A DNA stretch of 63,450 nucleotides, counting the filler, from Pelomyxa schiedti (Eukaryota > Protista > Evosea): assembly GCA_020536535.1 (NCBI GenBank). It is 12 parts of 12 records of this genome, joined end to end, with 100 filler letters (N's around TTAATTAATTAA, not from the genome) between each part and the next. Parts side by side here need not be neighbours in the genome. Positions count along the whole stretch, not along the records: positions 48,148 to 51,134 come from JAHLWZ010000299.1; positions 51,235 to 53,465 come from JAHLWZ010002059.1; positions 53,566 to 55,121 come from JAHLWZ010002421.1; positions 55,222 to 61,755 come from JAHLWZ010001413.1; positions 61,856 to 63,450 come from JAHLWZ010002401.1; 7 more parts are not named here. The stretch is one strand, 5' to 3'. A program made the position numbers and the translations under genes. The notes beneath the pieces are model-generated. The model had not been told where the DNA came from. It saw only the letters and a program-made list of their open reading frames with translations, and ran no database searches. Shown one piece after another: positions 49,426 through 62,047 of this stretch (position 1 is the first letter of the stretch; each line of letters opens with the position of its first letter).

Positions 49426-51134
49426 GCGGTGAGAAGGTAAACGAGACGAGTGTCAGATGTGCAGAGTGGCCAAAGGGGAGGCCTGGGGGATACTATCGGA
49501 GAATGGCATATCAAGAGATCTTTTCTTGCCCAGTGAGGTGCAACATCCACCCTCATCAGTGAAAACAACTCGAGTTTTTCGGAGTGCAGATTTGCCTTCA
49601 ATCAACGTCAAGGCTGTAGTTGCCTGACAAAGGCATAACCGCCAGATCCAGGAATCAAAACGGTACCTCGGCAACCAAATTTCGTTTAAAGACAAAAAAA
49701 GCGAAGTTGATAAAAAAAACAAAAAAGACAAGCAACGAACCCCACAACAAACAAACAAACAAAAAAAAAAAACCAAGCCAACAACAAACAAACCACAGAA
49801 GTAACCTCCCCCTTGTTGTACAAAAAAGAACCAAACCGCCCACAATAAGAAAAAACCCAACACATGGAGAAGGCGTACCACCGCAGCACAGACCGTCGCA
49901 CTCCCGACGTTGTAGATCTAGATCCGGAGCCAACCAGCTCTAGATCTTCGCACTCTGATCNNNNNNNNNNNNNNNNNNNNNNNNNNNNNNNNNNNNNNNN
50001 NNNNNNNNNNNNNNNNNNNNNNNNNNNNNNNNNNNNNNNNNNNNNNNNNNNNNNNNNNNNGTGTTACTATATTATGAAAATACAAGAATACCTTTGCAAC
50101 ATTGCCATCAAATCAATCGATCGTTCAACTCACAAACAATAATAACAATTAGTATTTAATTAAAATTATAAATCTCGAATAGTAATTGTACCAATAGTAA
50201 TGGTCATTTAATTGTTGGTATCATAAACACAGCGGGATCTGTACCTTCTTTTCCAGTGGGATCCCTTCGCGTTTTTTCCTTGTAATATAAGCCACCCCCT
50301 CATCAGCAGATCTCCTTCGTCGACGACGTACCACGGCCGCGTAAGGCGACGAGATCCCGGCGACGCCGATGCCGACGCCGACGCGGCCGACGACAGCGAG
50401 CCGGGCGACGACATCGCCGACGACGCGGCGCACTCGTAGATCCTTGGGTTCGGCGCCGAAGCAGACGCCGCTTCAATCGTCGTGGCGGGGCCAAACATTT
50501 GCGAGGGAGAAGCCCCCTTTGCGATCGCGCACGTTGGGTTGATGATGGGATGGATTACCGAGGGCGACGGTCTTGATTTGAAACTTTCATGCGGTGAGAA
50601 GGTAAACGAGACGAGTCCAGTTGTGCAGAGTGGCCCCAAGGGGAGGCCTGGGGGATACTATCGGAGAATGGCATGGGGATATCAAGAGATCTTTTCTTGC
50701 CCAGCGAGGTGCAACATCCACCCTCATCAGTGAAAACAACCGAGTTTTTCGGAGTGCAGATTTGCCTTCAATCAACGTCAAGGCTGTAGTTGCCTGACAG
50801 AGGCATAACCGCCAGATCCAGGAATCAAAACGGACCCTCGGCGACCAAATTTCGTTTAACGACAAAAAAAGCGAAGTTGATAAAAAAAACAAAAAAGACA
50901 AGCAACGAACCCCACAACAAACAAGAAAACAAAAAAAAAAAAACCAAGCCAACAACAAACAAACCACAGAAGTAACCCCCCTTGTTGTACAAAAAAGAAC
51001 CAACCCACCACAACCACAATAAGAAAAAACCCAACACATGGAGAAGGCGTACCACCGCAGCACAGACCGTCGCACTCCCGACGTTGTAGATCTAGATCCG
51101 GAGCCAACCAGCTCTAGATCTTCGCACTCTGATC
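48928..51134. repeat. ~1.05-kb segment present twice (48928-49960 and 50061-51134) across a 100-N gap
   Basis: Both copies start GTGTTACTATATTATG and end CACTCTGATC, and differ by SNPs and indels. Confidence 0.93.
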
Positions 51135-51234
51135 NNNNNNNNNNNNNNNNNNNNNNNNNNNNNNNNNNNNNNNNNNNNTTAATTAATTAANNNNNNNNNN
51201 NNNNNNNNNNNNNNNNNNNNNNNNNNNNNNNNNN

Positions 51235-53145
51235 CACCTGATGCACGACGCGCTCCCGGCCAGCCCCGCGAACCGCACGTCCCAGTGCTTGGAGTGGCCC
51301 TCGGACGAGTCGATCGGGAGCTTGTCCACGACCGGCGCGTCGGCGACGGCGGTGCACACGAGCGCGACGAGGGGGAACAGCGCGTCGGCGACGCCGAACG
51401 CCCACACCACGTCGTCGCGGCACGGGCATATCTGGATCAGTGGGCGGTGATTTTTTTCCCTACAAAAAGTGCATCATCACCGCCCAAAATCACCGCCCGG
51501 GATGGTATTGATGACAGCTTGATGTCGGAGGTGTGCAGGGGAGGGCACCTCGAGACTGCCAAGTGGGTTGTTTCGAGGTTCGGGCTGAGGGAGAGCTGGG
51601 AGCTGGCGGCTCCGTTTGCGGCTGCAGTGTGTGCTGGGAAGCTGGAGGTGGCTCAGTGGCTGTGTGGGTCGTTTGGTGTTGGCTGGGCAATGAACACACT
51701 GGGGTGGAAGTACCCCAGTGGGTTCCGCTTTAAGGGTGACCTGGATACACTCAAGTGGTTGCTTGAGGTTTTTCCCGACACTTGGAAATGGGGAGGGAAG
51801 ATGAAACCAATGGGCCTTGCCAGTGGTGTCATGAACAACAAGAAGATTCCACTGAAGAGCCGCGTGGAGGCTCTCAACTGGCTCAAATCTCAGTTCCCAT
51901 TCGACCAACAAGCAATTCAACATCTCACTAACAAAATTTGGGAGCCAGAAGCACTGAAATGGATGATGGAAACTCACGCTGTCAAGCCAAAGAACGAGCG
52001 AACAGGGTCCTGGTTTCTTCACTCGTACTGGTGGAGAGAGGTTGAGGGTGTGAACTCTGTGGAGTGGCTTGTTGATAACTTCCCAATGGCACTCAGACCA
52101 TCAACGTTTTTCGACGCATGCAAGAACGTCAGCGACGACGTCCACTGCGTGAAGGTGCTGTCACAGGTTGTCACCCTCACTTCATCCAGCACAGAGAAGG
52201 CCATCTTGGCAGCGCTTGCCCATGGCAACGTCAGGATTGCCAACTGGTTAGAAGCTACATTCCACGTGATGGAGAGGAACGTGAGCACAGACTCAAAAAA
52301 GGCAAATTCTATGTTTGACAACTTATGCGTCCTTTCTCCCAACTATGGAGACACGAGAGCTGCGGAGTGGTTCTTTCAGCATGTTCCTGCCACCCTCATC
52401 AAGGAGAGCACCGTTGTCAGGGCACTCAGTTGGGCACAGTCGTCACTGCTGCTTTTGCTGTTGAGATTGTTCAACGTTCCCAGTGTGGTGCCTCCTGATG
52501 ACAAACCGTGGATCAATATCATTCGCTCTGCCCTTTCAACTTGCTGGAACCCTGTGCTGACACACATTGCTTCAAATGGTCTTGTCACTCCAGTGTGCGT
52601 TGCAAATCACATCTCAGAGGAGTCCTACGAGTACATATCCAGCAAGGTATTAAAAAGGCTGGTTCATGAGTTCCACATAACTGAAGACGTTGTTGATGTC
52701 TCCACAAAGTGTTCAATACTTGGGAGGTTGATGAGTTCTGGAAAAACCAGCTGTGCAGAGTGGTTCATCAAGCACTTTCACGTCACTTTTGAAGAGGTTT
52801 GTTGGCATTTAAGGATATTATCACTGTATTGATAATAATTAATTGCTTTCAAAGATGCTGCAAGAAATCAAATTGCGGGATATTTCGTTCCCAATGTGGA
52901 AGATGCTGCTGAGTGTGTTTCCACAAGTGACTGCCAACATTGTTGTTGAGAAGATGAGACGTGCAGTGCGGTCACCAGTTCACATTGAATTCGCAATGAG
53001 GAACCTTGGTCTCACCACAGAGCAAGTGACCAAGTGGATAGAGGAGGACCCAGTGTTCAGTGATACAGAGACTGCTACGGAGACGAAATTGTGGGCACAC
53101 AAGTTCACACGGGTTCACCCATCCACCAGTAAAAAAACCACCTAG
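51235..53145 (+). CDS. Lineage-specific degenerate ankyrin-like repeat protein (5' incomplete, 1 intron near 3' end)
   Basis: VCRGGHLETAKWVV, AVCAGKLEVAQWL, GDLDTLKWLL, ALAHGNVRIANWL repeats; C-terminal SSKV...GKTSCAEWFI...WKMLL..FP motif. Confidence 0.8.
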
Positions 53146-53565
53146 ATTACTCTTTTTTACACCAAGTAAGTTCTATAACGATGTTTTCTCGATGATGAGC
53201 TTTTGCTGTACGATTATTGGTGTGGGTGGTAGTGGGGCTGAGCTCATTTCTAGGGATCCACTTGGGTGTGGGACTGGTAACGATGCGTTTTCGTGGAAAA
53301 CAACGAATCAACAACAACATTTAATGGAAGGGCGAGCGGAGCAAGTCTGGGACTGCCCAAGTGTGCACACTTTTTATCGGGTTTATTAGTTTTCTCAGTC
53401 CAGAGACGAGGAACTGAGACGGAAAAAAAAGGCGTTTTCTACAAGACCATCGGCCACGGGGTGCANNNNNNNNNNNNNNNNNNNNNNNNNNNNNNNNNNN
53501 NNNNNNNNNTTAATTAATTAANNNNNNNNNNNNNNNNNNNNNNNNNNNNNNNNNNNNNNNNNNNN

Positions 53566-54312
53566 CAGCCAAGATGAGGTGGTCAATGTGGTTACGTATT
53601 CACTATACCCAGCCTTCCGCCACCACAACTTGAGTCTCACTCTCGCTGTACTCAAGAAGTTCCCTTTGAACCCTGCTGTTCATCACGATCTTTTTCTCCG
53701 TTTACTCGAGAAATGTGTTGAATCCCAAGTTCTGTACCACGTCAAAGAAGTACTGTCTCTTGCAGATTTCTCCCAGTCAGAAATGGACCAGTGCCTCGAC
53801 ATTTGCAGCTCCAATCCACTCTCAAGCAAAGTTGCCAAGTGGTTGACAATTTACTACACCTGCACAATACCACCACACAGTGTGGAAGCACTGCAACTGA
53901 CCATCAAAATGTTCATTGGGTTGCTTTCCAACAACAAACGTGGTTGTGCGGAGTGGCTCTTCCATTTGTTTGGCAGCTACATCTCACTTCCTCTTGTATG
54001 TCCATTTCCAATTTCTCCAAAACTCAAACAAACACACAGGTACAGGAGCGTGCACCTGATAATTTATCATCTCAGGTTGACTTGGCCACATGGAAAATGA
54101 TGTTGAGGCTGTTCCCAAACATCAACAGGGAAGTAACCATCCAGTTCTTCATGAAAGTTGGAGCAGCAACGACACTGCACGCCCAGTACACCATGAGCAG
54201 GCTTGGGCTCACTCTTGATGACATTGAACACTTCTGTCACGAGCACTCGAGTGAGACCAAACCAGAGGCACTCAGGTGGATCCAGGCCCAACGCCTTTTA
54301 CAGATAGACTAG
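53566..54312 (+). CDS. C-terminal fragment of the same ankyrin-like family
   Basis: SSKVAKWL...LLSNNKRGCAEWLF / VDLATWKMMLRLFPNI...LGLTLDDI. Confidence 0.75.
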
Positions 54313-54466
54313 GAAAAAAATTGGGACTTGGGGAAAAAACTAACTTAGTGACAACAAGGAAACACACATGAACACTATCGTGTTGCAGTGGTGTTAGAAG
54401 ACGTCTCACTCCATGCATTTCCGGTCTGTTGATTATTTTTCTTGATCAATTTAAAAATGTTGAGTA

Positions 54467-55121
54467 CGGACAAGGCTGCCAATGTAGACACTTCCACAAC
54501 GTCATCAACGGCAATTATAAAATCGGAAATGAAACAGCGGATCTTGGTGATCTCGCGCGTCGTTTGGGAGCAAGTTGTGGAGCCGTGGGTTCTGCGCCCG
54601 GCCATCGCGCGGCGCAAGTCGGACCGCGGGCTCCCGCGCCCCGTGGTGTCGTGCGTGTTCGGCACGGCGGAGGCCATGTTCCCCCTGGTGGCCCTGGCCT
54701 CCCGCGCCATGCTGTCCTCGCTGGCGTGGGGCACCAGGCTGTGCAACTCGGCGCACTACCGCGTCGTCGAGGACGCCGCCTCCGCGCCGAGCCCCAGGTG
54801 CGTAGCGTGGATAATCGCGAGGAGGATCAGGTCGTCGTCGTCGTCGTCCTCCCACAATGTGGACGGGGGGGAGCCGTCGACGGGGATAGGGAGGGCAGCA
54901 AGGCTTGCGAGGAAGAAAGCCAGGGAGCAGGTATCTGTGCTGAGGGGGCTGTGCATGGGCGGGCATCTGGTGATGGCCCAGAGGTTTGTGGAGAATGGGC
55001 TTGAGTGCTGGCCGGTGGATTTAGCAGAAAGGGAAGGGGATCACTCCGGGGAAACATTGCAAGGAGGAAAAAGGTTTTGGGCCTTGGGGGAAGAAACCAC
55101 ATCCACCAAGGAGTGCATGGA
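54467..55121 (+). CDS. N-terminal fragment of the same ankyrin-like family
   Basis: ISRVVWEQVV..WVL...VFGTAEAMFPLVAL.SR...SPRCVAWI...VLRGLCMGGHLVMAQRFV. Confidence 0.75.
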
Positions 55122-55354
55122 NNNNNNNNNNNNNNNNNNNNNNNNNNNNNNNNNNNNNNNNNNNNTTAATTAATTAANNNNNNNNNNNNNNNNNNNNNNN
55201 NNNNNNNNNNNNNNNNNNNNNCAAGATCCAGCTAACGGTGGCGATCTCCAAGGTGCAGATGAGCCAACACCAAACAGGGAGTTGGAGTGGCCCTCTCGAG
55301 GGTCATTTAGAGAACTGCCCACTACCCCCCGTGGTCACTTGTTTCCGCTACTGA

Positions 55355-56512
55355 GTGATGAGCTGCCGTCCGCTCCAGGGCCTTTGGGCCGTCGACCAGT
55401 TCGTTGCGCTCGGGTGCCTGCTGGTCCCACGGTGCGGGGCCTCGTCGGCCGGCCGCGTCCTGTCGGCGCCGCTGGTCTCCATGCTTGGCACGGACTGGGT
55501 GGTGGCGCCGCACCGCGTCGTGAGCTTCGTGTGCCACGAGCCCGGGGGCGGCGGGGCCTCGCCAGGGGGCACGTTCCGCCGCTACATGTGCTACCTGTAC
55601 GTGTCCCCCACGCTCGGCGTGCTCCCTCGCGGCGGGCCGAGGGTCGTGCCGGACGTGGGGTGCCTGCGCGGGTGGGTGGACCACGGCACCGCGATCGCGG
55701 AGCGGCGGCGCGGCCTCGGGGCGGAGCTGGGGATGATGGACGTGGGGACGGGCGCGATCCTCAGGGACATGGAGGACAACCCGGCCATCAGCACCAGCTC
55801 GAGGTGGGCGGTCGCGGCCGGCATCGAGTTCTACCCGATCGACGGGCGCGACGACGAGGACCTCTTGTGCATCTGGAGCGTGGCGAGCAGGGATGCCATC
55901 AGGCAGAAGCCGGTGATTGTGGACTATTCCACTTGCAAGATTGAACACGAAAGCTTCTGCACTCTGCAATTGAGAGGGAATTCCTCTGACGAGCTGATTG
56001 TGGGGTCTCTTTCGCAGCGGAAGTTCAAACTTACGTTTTGTGACTTGGCCCACACGTTTCAACACGGAGAACTTACCGTTTTGCGTTCTGAAACAGTTTC
56101 CCTTCTCCCGGAATTACCACGGTGCGTATACCTTGGCGGAATCTATATGGCAGATACACCAGATCCCAAGGTGTTGCTTTACGACCAACATTCTGAAGAG
56201 TTACAGTGCTGGACACTGAATGGTGAAGTAGTCTCCCAAAAAGCGGGTTTCCCTAAAGGGGGGATTACACAGCTGGACAGTACCCACTTTATTATCAAGG
56301 ACAAGATCTACGATATTGCGAACATAGCAGCCCCTTGCGTAACTAGTAAGTTTGGCCCCGCACTGCACTACACGCACGTAGGTAAGGAATTTGCTATGGT
56401 TGACCTAGATTCCAATGGCACTTGGACTGTCTTTGAGATCTTCTCCGAGGTCAAGCTTCTCCTACTGCACATCCCAAAACCCACCAGTATTCCCTATTTT
56501 TGCGTAGTATAA
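55355..56512 (+). CDS. Intronless lineage-specific 'PRCG'-motif protein (~385 aa)
   Basis: DQFVALGCLLVPRCGASSAGRVL and YVSPTLGV (cf. FGVSPLLLG in 3938-5329). Confidence 0.8.
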   Translation: MMSCRPLQGLWAVDQFVALGCLLVPRCGASSAGRVLSAPLVSMLGTDWVVAPHRVVSFVCHEPGGGGASPGGTFRRYMCYLYVSPTLGVLPRGGPRVVPDVGCLRGWVDHGTAIAERRRGLGAELGMMDVGTGAILRDMEDNPAISTSSRWAVAAGIEFYPIDGRDDEDLLCIWSVASRDAIRQKPVIVDYSTCKIEHESFCTLQLRGNSSDELIVGSLSQRKFKLTFCDLAHTFQHGELTVLRSETVSLLPELPRCVYLGGIYMADTPDPKVLLYDQHSEELQCWTLNGEVVSQKAGFPKGGITQLDSTHFIIKDKIYDIANIAAPCVTSKFGPALHYTHVGKEFAMVDLDSNGTWTVFEIFSEVKLLLLHIPKPTSIPYFCVV

Positions 56513-56680
56513 TAACTACTCATTTACACTGTTTCAACATGTCATTCGTTTCTCCCTGTGGCATCTTTATTCCCCTGCTTGTTCGATTTCCCAAAAGATG
56601 GGGAAAGTCAAAGCCTTGAGATCTCACCGAACGGGGAAAAATTTTTTTGTTTTTACGAACCAGATCAGTGATTCTCAGGG

Positions 56681-58476
56681 ATGCGAGTAGACACGTGTCC
56701 GGTGTTTGTCGTCGCCACCGTATTTGCGACATGTGGGTACCTTATATGCGTTGTTGCGGGGGTCTATGTTTGCAACTAACTCCAAAAAGTGATACATGTT
56801 GTTTATGGTGTCGTTGAGACTCCTCTGTCAGTCCACAGGTTTTTTTTCCTTCTAGAAATTGACTTTTATTAAGTTTATGTAGTTTCGACGTGTCCCTGTG
56901 GAGTGCTTCTGGAGACGCTTCAATTTATGATGTAAACCTCTGCTTACTGGTTCTTTTCCTAATTGATTTTTAGAAATATGTTAGACTAGTGCCAGATAGG
57001 CAATCAAAACGAGGAAGTTTCTGGAATATGCAGGTTCGTAAATAAAGATAGTTTCCTTGTCAATCCAATATATTCAAAGCCCGTGGATCTTGCCGATTGG
57101 CAAGTGGAGTTTTCGTTTAGAATACATGGTGTTAGCCCCACAGGTGCTGACGGCCTAGCATTTTGGTATGCTGATGAACCAGCTGTTCCAGGTGTGTCGT
57201 CTTATCAACATGCTCTTTTCAACATTTGAAAGGAACTCTTTTTGGCAACAAGGAACTATTCAATGGGTTGGGGGTTGTTGTTGATACATATGATAATGAT
57301 GGGAAGGTAAGTCTCAGTTCCGTTACAACTCTTAAGATCCCTGCAGGGTATCCACCCTTATATTTTTGGCCTAGTGAATGATGGGACACACAAATTTTCT
57401 GAGAGAGATCACGATCACAGGTCAGACTTTTTATTGTGTCACGCCCTATTCATCTAGTAGAGACCACACAGATCCCAGCTACAAGACTACTACTGACATG
57501 AACGATACTGGGGAGTTGAATGGATGCACAGTTAAACTTCGCAATCAAGCCATGCCATCTCTCCTTCAAATAACATACCTTAAAAAAACCCTAAGTGTAT
57601 GTTTTTCCCGTAATTTTCTTACCCATCAACTTTACATAGGTCAATTACAAACTCACAGCAAATGCCGAGTGGAAGCAGTGTTTTACTGTTGAGGATCTCA
57701 CTCTTGCACCTGGTGGATTCTTTGGGTTCAGTGCCGCCACTGGCGACTTGGCTGGTATATTCCTTTTTATATTAACGTAAAACCAATCTCTTTCAAGATA
57801 ATCATGATATTTATGATATTACCACTCGATCCTTCACTGACGAACCTGAAAAACCTCTTGGATGTGTGGATGCAACCAAGCTACGATCTGACATGAGCAA
57901 GCTGCAGCACAACATTCAAGCTGACCTGGCAATTTATGTTGATCCTCTCCATTCCACTATTCGCAAAACACAGTGAGTTGTGGCCCTTTCCATTCGAATC
58001 ATCACAGTGTTTAGGGAATCTCTGGACGTACTTGTTGACCAAGTGAAAGACATGGTCACATCCCTTGGTGGTGTTGTGCCTACTACCGGAACTCCACTCC
58101 CTTCAACCCCAACAAATCTCAATTCTTTGGATGCAACTGCGAAGGTAGGTCAACCAAGTCAGTCCTCCAGTTTGTCTAACTCAATGTTCACAGACAGTAC
58201 TATCACAGTTGACATCACAGAGCAACTCTCTGAAAGAAGCAACACGCGAAGCAGTTGACGCAGCAAGGAAAACGTTGAAAGAGCTTCAAAGTGTATGCAA
58301 CAAAAAAAAGCACTAATCACAGAGCTTATCTTCTTCAGATCTCCAAAAAGTCTTCCTCAGGCGGTGGTGGAAGTGTATTGAACTTTTTCCTTGGGCTGGC
58401 ACTGTTTTTCTCTGCCATTTATGCCGTATACCTGTTCTACAGACTGCGGCGTGAACGCTCAAAGAAACGCTTTTGA
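56681..58476 (+). CDS. L-type lectin cargo receptor (ERGIC-53/VIP36, LMAN1/2 family)
   Basis: Signal peptide; YVRLVPDRQSKRGSFWN; WQVEFSFRIHG...GADGLAFWY; FNGLGVVVDTYDND; GFFGFSAATGDLA/DNHDI; coiled coil; TM; C-terminal KKRF dilysine-type signal. Confidence 0.93.
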
Positions 58477-58594
58477 GCTTAATTTTGGGTAATACTCTAA
58501 TATAACAAAAATGGTTTGTTTTTTTCCCTTCATTTCTTGTTCACATCCTTTTTCAAAATGTCACTACACAGTCCATTTCAATAACAAAGAAAAG

Positions 58595-61500
58595 TCACGT
58601 TGGCAGATGACCAGATACAATGTCAAAAGCAAATTCAAGGCAGGAACCTCTCACTTCAAGCCACTCAATGTAGGTGTCGCTTCCTTGTGAGGAAAAATGC
58701 ACACAGTTGCTCTCAGGCTCTGTCAGTACTATGCCTCCAAATGTACCACTAACCCGATTGGCAATCACTGCACAAAGAGTTAATGTCCATCCAACACTAA
58801 TTAATAAGGGGCTATACAAATGGAGGATGGAGTCCAAATCACATTCACAGCCTTCCGCCCATGCATTAATAAACTGGGCATTCCTGGTGTGAAGCCGGTC
58901 TTCACGTAGAGCACCATTTCATTTCCAGTATCATTGGTTGGTTTGTAGTAAGCTGGAGTGTCAATCCTCTGTCGAGCTTCGCGGTCGATTCTGGTGTACT
59001 TCACATGAGCTGATGGGTCATTGATTTGCAGAGTGATGGTCTTGCAGAACCAGTTGTTACAGAGTGTGACCGAGGCTAGGTCTTTTTCTGGGGAGTTGAG
59101 CATACTGTGAATAGTGTACAGTTCATGTTGGTGATCACTGACTCCGTCCCAGACATCACTGAGTCCGCCTATATGTGCTAGATCATTGTAATCACCTTCT
59201 GTTGCTTTTTGTTGTTTGGTCATTAAGAAGAGGAATCGTTCGGCACTTACAGGAGTAATACACTGCATCATTTCCGATTATAACATCTCCGGTTGGGTCT
59301 GCTGTGAACATACATTGTATTCTCCCACCAATCATCTCAAAGACAGCCATGATTCTATTATTTCTCAAGCACACCTCATCAGTACTGTCATCGTCCATGT
59401 CCCACAGGAAAACCTCCGTTGAGACATTCTCACCACTGGATACTCTCCTTGCCCATTTAGCAGCATCAGCGTACACATTAGCGTTCTTAATGTGAGTGGA
59501 GAGTTTCAACTGCCATCCAGAAATCGGTCCTCCAAGGTAATCGTGCCAGCCAGTCTCAAATAGATTTGCCATAAGAACTACCCAAGCGGCTTGGCATAAC
59601 TCTTCACCAGAATTTAGAGAATTATACAAGCCACAGGTAGAAGAAACGTGAGCATGTGCGCCAGTCCAAGTCCGACCAAAGTCCTTGCCTCCCTGGGGAA
59701 AATTAGTTCCGTCTGTACTGTAGGGAAATTAAACAAACCTGTGTTGGGTGCACATAACTTGCCCAGTGTGCGTACCAAGCATTCCTTCCATACACTGGAG
59801 ACACACCGCCATACCCGTCAGCCCCGCCTATGGAGCCGAAAGTGCCGTGGTTTATGTGAATGTATGGGCCCCTCCACCCCCAGAGTCCGATAACATCCCA
59901 CAAAGAAATGGCCTGTATCCACGGATGAGTGCCAACGTAGTGCATTGTCCACCAATAGCTATCACGCGCAGATGGCATGATATATTGCCAGTCAGCAACA
60001 GCAGCTGGTTGTTCCCAATCATCAGCGTACACAATAAGTTGTTCCCAATCAGAGGAAAGTGCCAAATTCAGAAGTTTGTTTTTTATCATCCACCTGAAGG
60101 AAGTTCAGTCACTCCTTGATCAACTGATAGAGAACCTGTTTCCACCATGCATTGCATCAATGAATACTTCATCTCTAAAGACGACTTTGAGTTCGTCAGC
60201 TCCCTCCACAGTGTATACTTTGCGGGCATTGGGAGCAAAGGTCCCGTGATACCTCTCCTCAAGTACTACAATATCAACACCGCACTTCTTCCACACAGGG
60301 GCAATGTAGTCCAAAGTGTTTGCATCATTTGGCCACTCCCAGCACCTCTCTGGAATCCAAGCAGCACGCGAATCTCTTGAAAATGTATTGAAGAGCAGTT
60401 CTTTATGGTACTTGACACTCCATTCATTCATATCGTCATGAACAAAGGGCATTACATGTTGTGAGTAAGCTGAAGTCATAACACTCCAGGCCCCACAGTT
60501 TACGCCCGCTTTCATCCATTCTACGAACTCTTGGTCATGCCACAAAGCAGACTGTAAAAGTGGCCCACTAATGTGAAAATTGCCTGTTACTTTATGTGCA
60601 GCATGTGCCCACATCACATCATCAAAACCAGAGTGTTCAGGATCATCAGCACGGCCACGAAGAACATCTGTGTAAGAAAGTGCTTGATTCCCATGATTAA
60701 TGAATACAACCTTGAGTTTGGGCTTGGAGTGATCAAAAAAGGTAATGCATTACCTTGGCTGAATTTACTCGCATATCGGAGTTAACATACTGTACAGAGT
60801 CATATGGTCTCCCTTCAAAGGCAGTGTAGATTTCGAAGTTCATTCTCCAGCCTCTTTGAAATTCTTCAGGGAAGAGAGTGCTTGTTTCAAAGGATTGAAC
60901 ATCTGAGTTGGCCCACAGTCCCACCAGTTTGGTGTTATTTTTGACCCCACTTGATAAAAAGTAATCGCCTGATGCGTGACCATAAACAACTATGCAGTCA
61001 TCCCACTCGATAGCAGCCTGTTCATGGCTGTTAGTTTTGCCTATTTGAGGGAAAAATGCAATACCCTATAGGACTCCGAGCCAGGGCAACCGTCTCTACG
61101 TCCTCCTTGTTTGTAGTCCAGCAAAATAACCACATCCACCCACTGATCATCTCCATACTCATAGCCAAACAAATCAACGCGAAATTGAACAGAGTAGCTC
61201 CCTTCATTGTAATACACAGCCACAATATCCTGCCACAAGGAATGTTACTCACCCAACAATCCTATCACAAATCTGCCAACTGCATCCTCTCCACTTTCAC
61301 TCAAACTCACACATCCAAACCACAGCGGTTTCTCCACTGGAAGTCTCAAGCCCTACTCAGTCATTCTTTGTTGGCACAGACAACCAACCTTGTTTTCCGA
61401 GAAATCGTCATTGTCGTCGCCCCTTGGGTCGAGCATCTTGACGTGGTCCAAGCTCCACACCACACCGCTCCCGCCAGCTAGTCCCATAATTCCGTCCCCA

Positions 61501-61755
61501 CTCTCGCTCCCGATGATGGCATCGCACCGCGCCGTGCCGCATGAGTCACCACTACCACCGTCGGCACGTTCGTCGGCGAGGCCACCGGCAACAAGCACCA
61601 GCAGCACAACCGAACACAAAACTCCCGAGCCACTACTGATAGGACTCTCGTTCCCATTTGAGTTGTGTGCGTGATAGTGTCTATCAAGAAGAATTATTTT
61701 TGTTATTATTCCTATTTACAATCTTTCTGTGGTACAACGGCGGGTGATTCAAGGA
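58595..61755 (-). CDS. Glycoside hydrolase family 57 protein, intron-containing; 5' incomplete
   Basis: HGNQAL (CSR-1 H.Q); NFHISGPLLQ; SAYSQHVMPF; AAWIPERCW (catalytic Glu); IVYADDWE (acid/base Asp); ANLFETGWH. A hydrophobic segment lies at ~61575-61620. There is no in-frame ATG before a likely intron at ~61682-61720. Confidence 0.8.
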
Positions 61756-62047
61756 NNNNNNNNNNNNNNNNNNNNNNNNNNNNNNNNNNNNNNNNNNNNT
61801 TAATTAATTAANNNNNNNNNNNNNNNNNNNNNNNNNNNNNNNNNNNNNNNNNNNNTGTTGCGAATAAAATCATGCCGCAAATGAAATGGATGTCTTGTAT
61901 CCTAAGGAATTGTGGGAAGGTATCGCGTAAGAAAAAGTGATAGCATCGCTGCAAAAGTATCTGCGCTCGAAAAGTGTGTTATTCCCTTTTTTTTGTTGCA
62001 TGTAAAATGCTGATTCACTTCTATTCTGTTTATTGAATTGAATTCAG

